Shown here one piece after another: positions 1-13,723 of a stretch of DNA of 64,000 nucleotides. Made by a program: the position numbers and the translations under genes. Below the pieces are notes generated by a model, which did no database searches, had not been told where the DNA came from, and saw only the letters and a list, made by a program, of their open reading frames with translations. Source of the DNA: Leucoraja ocellata (lineage: Eukaryota); the NCBI GenBank assembly GCA_036785375.1, contig JAWMAR010000309.1, positions 62,001 through 126,000 on the forward strand. Reading direction: 5' to 3'. The stretch's first letter is position 1; every line of letters begins with the position of its first letter.

Positions 1-609
1 CAGAAACGGCATTTCGTTTGGACCTCCAGGGGTCCAAATGACAATTAAATTGACTCTTGACTTGACTCTTGACTTCTGTAAATCGTCAATTGTCCATACT
101 GTGTAGGGTAGTGCTGGTGCAAGGGATGATCTCTGGTCAGAGTGGACAAGATGGGCCAAAGGGCCTGTTTCTAAGCTGTGCCTCTACACTAAACTAAAAA
201 TTATGGTGATAGCACAAAATGCTGCAATAACTCAGTGGGTCAAGGTTTCTGGAGAAAAGTGACGTTTTGAGGAGAGACCTTTCTTCAGACTGAGAGTCAG
301 GGGAGAGGAAAACTAGAGGTGTGAATAGACAGAACAAACAACCATAAAAATGATGGTGGGCAGAATGTGTGGGACGTATCTTTCACTTCCACTTCATCTC
401 CGAATGTTTCTGTCTCTGAAGTTCCAGTCACATCCTCCATTGTTGACCTTGAGATGATGATCGGCATGAAGGACTTGGGTGTGTGATGTGGGTTGAATGA
501 CACAATGTTTGTCAGCTCTCTCCTTTGAAATGGGGCCTTATCTCAACGTTATTTCAGACAAAGGTCTGAAGTCACATTGTGCATGATGCACCTCCAGTAA
601 ATGATTTCG

Positions 610-905
610 ACTTTAGAGATATAGGAAACGGGACATTTGGCCTGCCGAATCCAAGCCGACCAACGATCCCCACACCCGAGCACCATCATATACACTGGGC
701 ACAATTTACACTTTTACCCAAACCAATTAACCCTCAAACCTGCATGTATTTGTAATGAGAGATGAAACCAGTGCACCCAAAGAAAACCCACACAGTCACA
801 CGGAGAACGTACAAACTCCGTACAGACAGCACCGATAGTCAGGATCGAACTTGGGCCCCTGACGGTGTGGGGCAGCAACTCTACCGCAGCGCTACTGTGC
901 TGCCC
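610..905 (-). mobile_element. HE1-like tRNA-derived V-SINE (degenerate copy)
   Basis: Reverse complement of the SINE consensus seen many times in the window (GGTGCTGTCTGTACGGAGTTTGTACGTTCTCC...GGTTAATTGG, CR1-derived tail). Confidence 0.75.
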
Positions 906-1013
906 ATTTGTGTGCTGTGCTATCTGTGTTAGGTTTAGGTTTATTATTGCCATGTGTACCGAGGTACAGTGAAAAGCTTTGTTTTGCATGCTATCCAAAT
1001 CAAATCAGATATA

Positions 1014-1365
1014 CAGGTCCACCACCGATTTTCCGGCAACTGGGGATCCGGCAACTCCTTTAATCCGGACAAAATTGTTGGAGAGCACTTGAAATTCTCC
1101 CCAGTAGTCCCCTCGAAAATGTGGCACACTGGCCAGGTGAGGCGGTCGACCTCATCGGGACATCCGCGTGCGATCGGCTGGTTGAATGCTGCGATCGGGG
1201 CTCTGGAACTCCGGCCCGGCTGGAGCCTGCAGATCCAGTCCCATTGCTGATTTCCGGGGTCAACTGAGGCAGAGCATTCCGTCACCGTTGGACTACTCTC
1301 GGTGATCTCTGTTGGTCCGGAAAAATTGATAATCTGGCAAGGCTAGGAACCAAGAGGGCCATAAA
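1014..1365. mobile_element. Probable Tc1/mariner-pogo(Tigger)-like non-autonomous element, right end incomplete
   Basis: Starts TA|CAGGTCCACCACCGATTTTCCGG with repeated TCCGG motifs; same terminus recurs at ~20180; interrupts another repeat; right TIR not found. Confidence 0.45.
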
Positions 1366-1379
1366 ATTAAGCCAAACTC

Positions 1380-1830
1380 AAGTACAATAGGTAGAGCAGA
1401 GGGGAAGATACAGAGTGCAGAGTATAGTTCTCAGCATTGTAGCGCGCCACTTCCAGAGACAAAGTCCAATGTTCGCAATATGGTAGAGGTGAATCGGATA
1501 GTACCCTAGCTCATGGAAGGACTGTTCAGATGCCTGATGACAGAAGGGCAGCAGGTGTTCTTGAGTCTGGTGGTGCACGCTTTCAAGCTTCTGTACCATC
1601 TGCTCGATGGGAGCGGGGAGAAGAAGATATGACCAGTGTGGGACAAGCCTTGGATTATGTTGGCTGCTTTTCTGAGGCAGTGTGAAGTGTAGATGGAGTC
1701 AGTGGTGGGGGGAGCCTGGTCTGTGTGATGGACTGGACTAAAATCTCTGCAATTCCTTGCAGTCTTGGACAGTACTGTTCCCAAACCAAGCCGTCATACA
1801 ATCCGACTAAATGCTTTCTACAGTGCATCA
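1380..1830 (-). mobile_element. Rex1/Babar-like LINE 3' fragment
   Basis: ORF 1506-1784 ends ...HIFFSPLPSSRWYRSLKACTTRLKNTCCPSVIRHLN, typical Rex1-type C-terminus; related pieces at ~17510-17960, 44040-44345, 50110-50990. Confidence 0.65.
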
Positions 1831-2354
1831 CTGCTACAAAGACAAATTTCACTCCAGGCACTATTAAGTTGTTCTAATTTGTTATGGTCCAATGCATTGA
1901 ATTGAGATCTGCATCATGTATATTATACAGAGCTTGGACAGGTTTACAGCACTTTGATCTGCAGTGGCATTTCCAACACTCCTTGTTTTCTTTATCCTTC
2001 TGCCTCAGCAACCAGAAGATTATTGGTTTACAGCCCAATCTTTAAATCAATTCTCAGTAAGTGTTGCATTATTAGAGATGCAGAACTCCCTTTATCTAAT
2101 CCATGGGATAACATAGAACCACTGTGAACGGGCTATCGATGGTCAGCATAGACTCGGTGGGCTAAGGGTCTATTTCTATGCTGTATTTTATGATCAATCA
2201 CTCAGTCATCTGGGGCGAACACTTAACAGGAACAAGCCGGCTATTTTACACCTTGGCACCCTGGACAAGGATAGCCGGCACTAACGTTTAAAACAAAAGA
2301 CACAAAGTGCTGGAGTAACTCAGCGGGTCAAGCAGCATCTCTGGAGAACATGGA

Positions 2355-2392
2355 TAGGTGACGTTTCGGGTCGGGATCCTTCCTCAGACTCT
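2355..2392 (-). ncRNA. Minimal type-I hammerhead ribozyme-like motif in Penelope pLTR (best preserved copy)
   Basis: Minus strand reads AGT CTGAGGA A GGATCCCGACCC GAAA CGTC ACC: CUGANGA, stem II, GAAA, GUC with palindromic ACGT stem III; stem I weak, one stem II mismatch; activity not shown. Confidence 0.5.
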
Positions 2393-4951
2393 TTAAAAGG
2401 TTTGAGTGAGGGAGTGTTTAAATGGCAGCTGATTGCTGGCAAGATGTGTGAGAGTGGGCGAGTGTGTGTGTGTGAAAGAGTGGGTGAGTGTGTGGGAGAG
2501 AGAGAGCGCATGCGATTCCCGATCCAAAATGTCACCTAGCCAGAGGAAGGAATGTGAGGGGAGGGGAGAATTGGGTGCGAGTTTAGGTGGGGCCCAAGGG
2601 AGGTGGGGGATGTTGTGAAGAAAGGGTAGGGAATGAATATTAATTAACGTTATTTATGTCATTTACTTTGGCACCTTATTCTGTCACATTAATATGTGGT
2701 CTAGATTAGATTAGATTAGATTCAATTTAGTTGTCATTTGGACCCCTTGAGGTCCAAACGAAATGACGTTTCTGCAGCCATACATTACAAACAAATAGAC
2801 CCGAGACACAACATAATTTACATAAAACATCCATCACATTGCTGTGATGGAAGGCCAAAAAACTTATCTCTGCACTGTCTGAACTTCAGGTTAAGAGAAC
2901 ATCAGAGTAAAATGATTAGAGTCATGGAGGTGTACCTTGTCCATGGTTGACATACTGGGCTGTTCCCATTTGCCTGCATTTGGTCCATAGCCCACTAAAC
3001 CCTTCCTATCTCCATATCGGTCCAAATGTTTTTTAAACGTAATTGTATCTGCTTATCATAAGAGCAGATTTGGACCATTAGAGCCATCAAGTCTGTTCCA
3101 CCATTAGATCGTGGCAGATCTATCTTTCCCTCACAACACCATTCTCCTGCTTTCTCCCTGTAACCTTACTAAACAAGAAATCAATCTCAGCTTTAAAAAC
3201 ATCCAATGAATTGGCCTCTACTGCCAACTGTGTCAATGAATCCCACAGATTCACAATCCTTTAACTAAAGAAATTCCTCCTCCTCTCCATTCTCCATCCT
3301 TTTATTCTGAGGCTGTGCCCTCTAGTCCTAGACTCTTCCACTACTGAAAATATTCTTTCCACATTCACTATCCATGCCTTTCATTATTTGGTAGGTTTAT
3401 GCTCTTCTGAAGCTCTGGTGGCTCATTCCAGATACAGAGTTCCCTCTGAATGAAAGAGTTGCTACTACAGTACCTCTCTTAAAACTCTCCCCTTAAGCCC
3501 GTGTCCTTCAGTTTTAGAATCCTCCAAACTGGGGAAAAAGTCTGTGAGCATCTTCCTTTTAATAGAGTTATTCAGCACAGAAATATGGCCATTCGGCCCA
3601 ACTTGTCTATGCCAATCAAAATGCCTCATAGTATGTCACCTAAGCCCCAGCCTATGCAACTGTCCCTGTAACTCAAAGCTGCAAGCCCAGGTAACATCCT
3701 GGTGAATCTTCTCTGCGCCTATTTCAAGATGAGGGAGGAACAGAGAATATGAGCACAAGGACACAAAGTGCTGGAGTAACTCAGCGGGGCCAGGCAGCAT
3801 CTCTGGGGGACATCTCAAGTCGGAACCCTTCTCCAGATCATCAACAACGATTTGTTCAGAGTGAGAATTTCCTAGCAATAGCCGAGAAGCTACTTTTTCT
3901 CAAACAGAACTGGAATGTAAATTTGAATGTTAACTGTGTTAAGGCAGGAAGCTCGGCAGCTAATTGTTGAATTGACTGCAGGCTAAATATTAATTAATTA
4001 CTGTTTTAGAAGCAATAGGCGCAAAATTAGATTTAGAACTGCAGACATTTGATTACATGGTGTACTGAGAATAGGTCGTTCACTATTTTGATTAACATAT
4101 CATCAAAAACCATGTGTTGGATTAGATGGAATAGATGGGTAACGTGAACTGAAAGTAAACGTGGATTATTTTCCCGCTTGGTAAAATAAGGACAATTTCA
4201 ATTCTTTTTATTACCCTCCAGACATTAATGCTTCAGAGATTGCAGATTAATCTATCAATCACATTTCTGCCTGAGTATTGTCATGGTGCTTTTTGTGACC
4301 AAGTACCTTACCTTAATAGTCACACAGCGCAGAAATACAATCCTTCGGCACAACTTGTCCATGCCAACCAAGATGTCCCAAATGCATTTGTGCCATCTTC
4401 CTGCGTTTGGCCCATATCTCTTTCCTATCCATGTTCCTGTCCAAAATGTCTTATGCATGCTGTTGCAGTACCTGCCTCAACTACTTCCTCTGGCAGCTCG
4501 TTCCATGTACCCACCGCCCTCTGTGTGAAAAAGTTGCCCTTCAGGTTCATAGTAAATCTTTCCCCGATCACCTTAAACCTATGTCCTCTGGTTCTTGATT
4601 CCCCTACTCTGGAAGAAATTCTCAGTATTGGCTGGGCGATTAATTTATTCCCTAACCTTTGATTGTTTCTCATTGTTCTTTTTGCACGACCATTGGTAAT
4701 AGGTGACATTTCACATCAGGGCTCTTGGTCAGACTGGTTTAGTTTTTTTTAATTAACTTACTTTTTTCCTGGTGGCAATTTTATCTTTATTAGTTTATTT
4801 AATATTGTAACATTGCATTGCCATAAGAATAAGGAGACAAAATTAAGAAACGTATTACAAGCTTCGATACTACAATCAGGAGATTAATAGACACAGCAAA
4901 CAGAAATTCCACACTCAAAAAATATTCCCATCAACATTTAGCATGTTTAGA

Positions 4952-5268
4952 GTGGCACAGTGACGTAGCTGGTAGAGCTGCTACCTCACATTACCAGAGA
5001 CCCAGGTTTGATCCTGACCTCGGGTGCTTTCTGTGTGTGGAATTTGCACGTTCTCCCTGGGACCGTGTGGGTTTCCACCAGGTGTTCGGGTTTCCTCCCA
5101 CATCTCAAAGTCATGTAGGTTAATTGGCCCTCTGTAAATTGGCCCCTAGTGTGTAGGGAGTGGATGAGAAAATGGGATAACATAGAACTGGTGTGAATAG
5201 GTGATCGATGGTCGGCATTGACTCCGTGGGCTGAAGGCCCTGTTACCATGCTGTATCTTTCAATCTAA
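4952..5268 (+). mobile_element. HE1-like V-SINE, near full length (representative of >20 copies)
   Basis: tRNA-like head (TGACGTAGCTGG, GGTTTGATCC), V domain, CR1-like tail GGGCTGAAGGCCCTGTT; other copies e.g. 6050-6350(-), 6768-7036(+), 7905-8205(+), 27789-28117(+), 30210-30655(-), 41927-42222(-), 47420-47815(-), 52193-52495(+), 61698-61960(+). Confidence 0.8.
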
Positions 5269-8200
5269 GTCAAAACGATCCTTTACACCAGTTGCTTATT
5301 CTTTGATGGATGCAAATTGCTGGAGTAACTCAGTGGGTCAGGCAGCATCACTGGAATACATAGATAGGTGATGTTTCAGGTTGGAAGAAGGGTCTCAACC
5401 TGAAATATCGCCTATCTATGTTCTCCAGAGACGCTGCCGGATTCACGGAGTACTCCAGCACTTCGTGACCTGGTGTGGAAAGCAGCATCTGCAGTTCTTT
5501 GTTTTTACTGCTGATTCTTTGAGCTTTATTGAACCTAAACGATTTGAATTGTTAGCTTGGGTCTAATTTGAGTATTATGTGAACAGCTGGAATTAATCCC
5601 CTGCTTTCTGTGACACAATGGACTGTATCCATTTCCAGCAAAGTTTGATGTCTTGCAATCACATCAGCTTTACAAACTGGGATCCTGTCAACTATCAAAC
5701 AATTCAACCAGTAAACAAATGTCTCCCTTGAAGGCTGTGTGTGTTTATTCAGTGAGTAGCTATCTGTACCGCACATGCCAGCCAGCCTAGTGTTCCGAGC
5801 TAACAACACCATGCTGGAGTAACTCAGCCGATCAGGCGGCATCTCTGGAGAACATGGACAGGTGATGTTTCAGGTCGGGATCTGTCTTCAAGCCAAGCTT
5901 GTGTTATTGTGTTGTCCTTTGAGGCAGGAGTAAGGGTCAAGAGACAAGAGCGTGTACTTGTCTCATGTACCAACAATGATACAATGGCATTTGTACTTGC
6001 AGCAGCTTAACAGGCCTGTACACACAATGCACATAGATAAGTTAGTTCAGTGTAGAGATACGGCAGGAAAACAGGCCCTTCGGCCCATCGAGTCCATGCC
6101 GACCGTCGATCACCTGTTCACAATAGTTCCATGTTATTCTACTTTCTCATCCTCTACACAGTAGGGACAATTTAAAGAGGCCAATTCACCTATAAACCCT
6201 CACATCTTATGGGTTGGGAGAAAACCAGAGTACCCAGAGGAAACCCATGTGGTTACAGGAAAATGTGCAAACTCCACATAGACAGCACCCAAGGTCAGTA
6301 TCGAACCTGGGTGGCTGGCACTGTGAGGCAGCAACTCTACCGGCTGTGCCATCGAGTCGCCATATTTTTCTACATTTGGCCCATGCCCCTTTAAATCTCC
6401 CCTATCCATGTATCTGTTCAGCGTCTTTTAATTATAGTAGCTGCCTCAACTACCTCCTCTACCCGCCACTCTCTCAGTGGAAAAAGTTGTCCCTCAGGTA
6501 CCTATTAAATATTTCCCCTCTCTCACCTCTGATACTTGAGCTTTCTTTCCTTTGTGATTCTGAAGAAACTAATGAAAACTTTGCTTTACCAGATTGTTGC
6601 TATCATTTACTGATACCTTTATCACATTATTGTCACAGGTTTTCCAGAGTTAGCATCTCCAATATAATACCCATCATCCAAAACGTAGTTTCTAGTTGCT
6701 GAGTTACTCCAGCAATCTGTGTCTTTTTTTTGGTAAATTGTTCCTTGTTTCTACATTTTACTCCCAGTGGGTGGCACATGGCGCAGTGGTAGAATCGCTG
6801 CCTCACAGCACCAGACCCAGGTGTGTACGTTCTCCCTGTGACCGTGTGGGTTTTCTCCGAGTGGTTTCTTCCCACATCCCAGACGCGTGCAGGTTTTTGT
6901 AGGTTAATTTGCAGGTTAATTGTCTTCTGTAAATTGTCCCTAGTGTGTAGGATAGAACTAATGTATGGGGCGATCGCTAGTTGGTGCAGACTCAGTGGGC
7001 TGAAGGGCCTGTTTCCGCGCTGTATCTCTAAACTAACAAAAATGAATATGTGAGGTTTCTTTGCATAACTGGGTCAAAGGTTGTCTACGACAAGCTCACC
7101 TTCGACATGTTGATTTCTTGACACATGCGAACAATTTCATCTGCAAGAATAATTCATAAGCCTGAAATAGCAGCAGCGATCTTTGATGTTCAATCTAATT
7201 TGACTATCGGTAGACAATGAAATAAAGGGTGCAGTTAGCTATTTGGACATTCGAGATAAGCTTCAAAGTGCTGGTGTGCATCACCAGATGAGAGAGAATG
7301 TTAAATGTGGGATGTTGTGTCAGGAATCGCTCCGTCTTTGGAGAAAAATATATCTTTTGATCCTTCAATGATGCCAAACCTCAACACAGCACAGTAGGTG
7401 ATGAATTTTCCCTGAGGCTGACAGCAGAGGTGGTCTGCTGGCTCTGATTCATGTCCTCTCACTGCCCGGCTCAGTTTATTGGGCAATTGGATGCCCTGAA
7501 TCACTTGCCCAGAGTAAGGGATTCGAGAACCAGAGGGCATAGGTTTAAGGTAAGGGAGGAAAGATTTTATCGGTATTTGAGGGGAAGTTTTTTCACATGA
7601 AAGGTGGTAGATGTATGGGACAAGCTGCGAGAGAAAGTAGTTGAGGCAGGGACTATAACAATGTTTAAGAAGCAATTAGACAGATACATGGATAGAACAG
7701 GTTTACAGGGATATGGGTACAACGCAGGCAAGTGGGACTAGTGTAGATGGGTTGATCAGTGTGGGCAAGTTGGGCCGAAGGGCCTGTTTCCACACTGTAT
7801 GACTCTACTATAATTGCATGACATAGGTTTTGGTTTATTATTGTCACGTGAACCAATGTTTTGTATGTTTCCAATCAGATCAGATAATACCATATGTAGA
7901 TTTGGAACGGCGCAGTGGTAGAGTCGCTGCCTCACAGTGCAAGAGGCCCAGGTTCGATCCTGACCTTGGGTGCTGTCTGCACGTTCTCCCTGTGATCATG
8001 TGGGTTTTCTCTGGGTGCTCTGGTTCCCTCCCACACTCCAAAGAAGTGCAGATTTGTTGGTTAATTGGCTTCTGTAAATTGCCCCTAGTGTGTAGGATGT
8101 GCAACTGGGACAACATAGAACCAGTGTACGGGTGATTGTTGGTCAGCACAGACAAGGTAGGCTGAAGCCCTGTTTACATGCTGTATCCCTAAACTAAACT

Positions 8201-10397
8201 AAAGATGCAACCACGTCAAAATGTCGACGAACCAGCCACACTTTGTCTTGTCTCTCCTTTCTCCCAGCTTTATTTCCTTCAACCACCCCCCCCACACACA
8301 CCCTGTCATTCCTGCTACTCTTCTACTCTTTGACCGTGTTCATCTCCAGACTTTGTCCTCCCATTTGCCAATCAAACCCACACCCTCAGATGTATTCACT
8401 TATCACACGCCAGGCTTTGCCCTGTCCCTTCTCTCATCCAGCTTTCTCCCCTATCCCCACCACCACAATCAGCCTGAAGAAGGGTATCGATCCAAAATGT
8501 CCTAACCATATACTCCACAGTTTTATGTTTTGTTTATTGTCAGGTCCAGCGAAAAGCTTTTGTTGTTGCGTGCTATCCGATCAGCGGAAAGACTATATAT
8601 GATTATAATCGAGCCTCCACAGCGTACGGATGCAGGATAAGGGGAATCGCGTTTCGTGCAAGATAAAGTCCAGTAAAGTTTGATTAAAGATAGTCGGAGG
8701 GTCTCCATTGAGGTAGATGGAAGGTCAGGACCGCTCGCTAGTTGGTGAGAGGATGTTTCAATTGCCTGATCGCCGCCCCATTAGGTATGTGGGTATATGA
8801 ATGCTAAATATATTGATCTAAATTTCTTAATTTGAAAGGGAAGGTGTTGATATCTCTGCTAATAGATTTATGCATTAATGGATCGATGTTCATGCTGTGG
8901 TTTTTAAGCTTTTTAAAATGAAGAGTGCCAAGTGGTGTGCACAGAAACAGCTCTGTGAGCTGTTTCTCCTCGGGGTAATGCAAAATTCCATCTCATCTTT
9001 ATTTTCCATATGTTTTTCTCGCTTGTTCTCCAAGCCTGCTGTGTAGATCTTTAATCCAAGAACATTGTGTTGAGCGGTCTCTATAATGAGGTTCAATATG
9101 TCTCAAACCCATCTCGCGGAATTAAACATATTTACAAACACAGAACAGTTTTGGGTGGCACAGAGGTAGAGTTGCGATCCTGACTATGGGTGCTGTCTGT
9201 ATGGAGTTTGCACGTTCTCCTTGTGACTGCACGGGTTCTCTCCCGGAGATCCAGTTTCCTCCCACATTCCAAAATGAGCATTTTTTCAGGTGAATTTGCT
9301 CCTGTAAATTATCCCTCGTGTTTAGGGTAGAACTAGTGTACAGGATAATTGTTGGTCGGCGTGACCTCAGTGGGCCGAAGGGCCTAATTCCACACTGTAT
9401 CTCTAAACTTGAGCAGCAGCGCCCTTCAGATACTCAAACAGGGGCATGTCATGCCAGCATAATGCGACATCTTGTGTAAAATCCGCATTGAAATATAGTT
9501 ATTAAATAATCCGCTGCCAACCCCTCAGTGCCACACAGTATATGTCAGGAGGTCACAGAGAGGTTAAGATGGGCTAGTGTGTGGGATAGAACTGGTGTAA
9601 AGATGATTGCCGGTCGGCAGAGACATGGCGGGCTGGAGGTCCTGTTTCTGCACGGTATCTAAACTCTAAAGTAAAAAGTGCAGCACAGAACAGGCCTTCA
9701 GCCCACAATGTCTGTGCCAAACATGATGCCAAGATAAACTAATCAGCTTTATGATGGCAGCTCATTGAGTCTATAAAGACTGGCCATCTGCATCATCTAC
9801 ACATTTAAACCGTTTGGAACATAGAACAGTACAGCACCAGAACGGGCCCTTCAGCCCACAATGTCTGCGCTAAGCATGATGTCAAGACCGTTACATATTT
9901 ACCTGCATCAATCCATTCCCTGCAAGCCCAGGTGCCTATCCAAATGCCACTATCCCATGTGCCTCCACTACCACCCCTACCAATGCGTTCCAAGCACCCA
10001 CCACCGTCTGCGTAAATAAAAACTTGCCCTCCTTTAAACTGTGCCCCTCACACTTTAAAACTCTTCCCCCTAGTATTTGAGTTAAACATCCTGGGAAAAA
10101 TATTTAGTCTACCCTATCTATGCCTCTCGTCATTTTCTATTACTTTTTGAGTCGCGGTGATAAAGAGATATAGGACGAAACAGGCCATTCGGCCCATCGA
10201 GTCCACACCCGGCCATTGACCACCCAGTTACACTAATTCTATATTAAACTCCTTGTTTTATTCTCCGCATATATTCCTCAACTCCCCCCGAGATTTTATC
10301 ACTCATCTACACACTCTCGGCATTTTATTGTGGTCATTTAACCCATCAACTTGAATGTCTTTGAGACAATGGCAATATCGAGACAACCATTAGGTCA

Positions 10398-10676
10398 AAG
10401 GGCAGCTGCCTGCCCCTTTTCCGGGGTTACGTCCGTGCCCGGGTGGGGTTAGAAAGGGAATACGCCCTGTCTACGGGCACCCTGAGGGACCGCTGGGCTC
10501 CGCAGGGTGTTGAATGCATCCTCAATAAGGATTGTAGCATAGTTTGTATAGTAGTTTATTATGGATACATGTTTGTATTGTATTATGCTGGTGGGTTCTG
10601 GCTTGTTTTATTGTAGTGTAAATATTATTTTTAATAATTGAATACATTTTTTGATTAAAAAAAAAAAAAAAAAAAA
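10398..10676 (+). mobile_element. 5'-truncated L1/Tx1-like LINE with poly(A) tail, inserted in a SINE
   Basis: Encodes CLPLFRGYVRARVGLEREYALSTGTLRDRWAPQG (Tx1-like ORF2 end), ~20-nt poly(A), flanking duplication ATTAGGTCA at 10389-10397 and 10676-10684. Confidence 0.7.
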
Positions 10677-10748
10677 TTAGGTCACAGGGAGAACGTGCAA
10701 ACGTCCACATAGGCAGCACCCAAGATCAGGATTGAGCGAGCCAGTCCA

Positions 10749-11147
10749 TGTGGCTCAACCTCTCCGTCCCGGGCTCCCGGAGATTCTTCCAAACCGAGCA
10801 AGCCCCCGGAGCGTGGGATTGTATCTGCACGTTCGGACCGCCTCTTTCGGCATCCCGTCCGGTTCGGTCCCTCTGGTTCTGGGGGGGGCGGGGGGGGGGG
10901 GGGGGCAGGGTCATGTGGCAGCACCTGGTGGCAACCCAAGGGCACAACGAACCATCGGCTCTGGAGGGCGGTGTCTTGGTGTGGGAGGCGCTAGTCATTG
11001 GGTCGGTACCCGAGTTGGTATTTAAGGCCGGGCAACACCCGTGACATCGGGGGAGTAGGGAGCTGTATTGGAGAGAATAAACACACCTAGTGCACACAAC
11101 TAGTGTCCGACTAGTTTTTGGCTGGACTCCTGCGAGTCCCCACTACA
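10749..11147 (+). mobile_element. Probable solo LTR
   Basis: TGTGG...CTACA termini, TATTTAA at ~11019, AATAAA at ~11076, CpG-rich; no convincing TSD. Confidence 0.5.
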
Positions 11148-11615
11148 ATGCAAGTGAATGGTCTTTATTATATCTACAACATCGTGACAAATGTCTGAAC
11201 ATAATGTTATAAATGTTGCCTTTTCTGAAATTGTCATATCTCTAAACTAAACCAAATCTCTATGCATTGGAAGGAACTGCTGGTGCTGATTTATACTGAA
11301 GATAGACACAAAGTGCTGGAGTTACTCAGCAGGTCAGGCAGCATCTTTGGGAAAAAAAGAGCAGACTGGGTCTGAACTGAGTCAGACTTCAGTATGAAGA
11401 AGGTGTCCGATACAAAACATCACCTATTCTTTTTCTCCATGGATGCAGCCTGGCCCACTGAGTTACTCCAGCTCTGTGTGTCTAAACTAAATCTCTACTA
11501 GCTATGTCACTGTGCTGCCCAAAGTTTAGCTATCATTGAATTTCGTACAGTCTCTGTCCATTCAATAATTGTTTATAATATGTCTATTGACCATCCCCGT
11601 TCTGTTCCCTCCCAG

Positions 11616-12023
11616 TTATTCCAGATACTCTCCGTGCAACATCTGTAGCCCAGGAGCTGAATAAAGTGGAGGGAGATTCGCTGGAGCTGGTGTGCGAGGT
11701 CTCTGAGCAGACGCCGTACCACACGCACGTGGCCGTCACGTGGTATCTCCAGAAGGCAGATCAGAGTCTCAAGGTCATCTCACTGACCCGGGATTTCATC
11801 CTACGTTCCGGAGAGTCGTACAGGCAGAGGCAGACATCGGGCGATGTCCGACTGGACAAAACTGGGGCCACGTCCTACAGACTCACCATCTACAGACTTC
11901 AACCGTTTGACCAGGGGACCTTCTACTGTGAGGCCAGAGAGTGGATTCAAGACCCAGATAAATCCTGGTACACCATAGCCACCAAGCCCTCCGATAGGAC
12001 CACTGTCAACGTAAAAGCCACCG
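11616..12023 (+). CDS. IGSF3: IGSF3 exon, V-type Ig domain 2 (EWI motif)
   Basis: cccag|TTATTCCAGAT...ACCG|gtaagg; 408 nt, phase 1-1; (V)IPDTLRA...LELVCEV...FYCEAREWIQDPDKSWY. Confidence 0.95.
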
Positions 12024-13271
12024 GTAAGGCATTGTTTTAGAATGATTATTCCTCAAAAAGGTACATCAAAATCACTATTGCCAAAGTCTGAAAGAATAGG
12101 GTATAGAGAAGGGTCCCGACCTGAAATCAGATCTAAGAGGATCAAAGAGTGTGGGTGTCAGAGGTTATGGGGAGGGCAGGAGAATGGGGTTGAGAGGGAA
12201 AGATAGATCAGCCGTGAATGAATGGCGGAATAGACTTGATGGGCCGAATGGCCCAATTCTGCTCCTATAACTTATGAACTTATGAAGAGTTGCTAATTAT
12301 TAAGCTAGAAGAGGAAATGTAGGTGGAAGGGGAGAGAACGAGGTGTTGGGTCCAATCAATCATTTTGTCTCATACCTTCTGTATTTTTTATCTCTGGTCT
12401 TTATCTTACTGTCTGCCAATCACAAAATCCTCCTCACCTGTATCCACCTGTTACCTACCGGGCCTTGTCCTGCCCCTCCTGGTCATCTTTGGTCTGAATA
12501 AGGGTCCCGACCCAAAACATCACCTCCTTTTCTCCAGAGCCTAATCTGCTGAATTACTGCAACACTTTGTGTCCTTTTGTGCAAACCAGCATGTACAGTT
12601 CCTTTTATTGTGCATTTTGAATGTTCAAGTAAGTCTTGGACAATCACAGGCTTCATTTTTAGAGTCTTACAGCATGGAAACGGGCCCTTCAGCCCATCTT
12701 GCCCGTGACAACCAAGATGCCTCCATTAGTGTAGGAAGGAACTGCAACTGCCGGTTTATACTGAAGATAGACACAAAATGCTGGTCAGGCAGCATCCCTG
12801 GAGAAAAGGAGCAGCTGATGTTTCGGGCCTGAACCTTTCTTCAGCATAAAAGTAGAGCAGGAGGAACTGGAGATAGGAAAAGGCAGGAACAAATCAAAGC
12901 TGGTAATAAGATGACCAAGGAAGGGTGGAGCCCATAATGGCCCATTTGTTGGCTGGGGAAGAGGTGATAACGTCTGCCTCCACCCGTCCCAGCTACCTGC
13001 ATTTAGTCTGAATAGAAACATAGAAAATAGGCGCAGGAGGAGGCCGTTCGGCCCTTCGAGCCAGCACCTGATCGTCCCCAATCAGTAACCCGTGCCTGCT
13101 TTCTCCACATATCCCTTGGTTCCACTAGCCCCTAGAGCTCCATCTAACTATCCTTCTAAACTCTATCCTCCTAAACTTTTCCTATTCATGTATCGTGCCT
13201 TTTAGTTGTAAATCCTGACCCTAGGATTCTCAAGCAGTCACCGTTAAATGTATGTCTGTGTTTTGTTACAG

Positions 13272-13661
13272 ATAAGAACTTCAGTGTTCATTTGGAGAAT
13301 GAAAAGAAAGTCTTCACGGTGGGAGAGAGCTTGGAGTTGAGGTGTGTCCTTGTGGCTCAGAATATACAGGACCGATATTTCTCAGTGTTGTGGATTTATA
13401 ACGGCACGCAAATCGTCAATATTGGCCGCAATGCCGTGCCAACGGTCCATGCTGACTACACAACCAGAGAGCGTTTGGGATATATAAGGTTTGCAAAAGA
13501 GACTGATACAACATATCTGCTGAAGATCTACCACCTTCAGGTGGGAGATAGTGGCAAGTATCACTGTCGGGCCACTGAGCATGAGAGGACGGTGACAGGA
13601 GATTTCATCGGCAGAGACACGAACAAATCTACGAAACATTTAATAATTGTGCTGCCTGTCA
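13272..13661 (+). CDS. IGSF3: IGSF3 exon, Ig domain 3
   Basis: ttacag|ATAAG...GTCA|gtaagt; 390 nt; (D)KNFSVHLENEKKVFTVGESLELRC...DSGKYHCRATEHERTVTGDFI. Confidence 0.95.
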
Positions 13662-13723
13662 GTAAGTAACTGTTCAAAATTGTTAATCCACCCTTGCAGA
13701 TTTTCTCCTGAAACCTGCCTCTA

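Noticed and set aside
352-600. Possible snoRNA (TGATGA/CTGA boxes)
   Set aside because: No terminal stem or recognisable guide sequence
6214-6702. 162-aa ORF
   Set aside because: Made of SINE and CR1 fragments
1-11615. IGSF3 signal peptide or Ig1 exon
   Set aside because: No matching frame found; presumably upstream of the window
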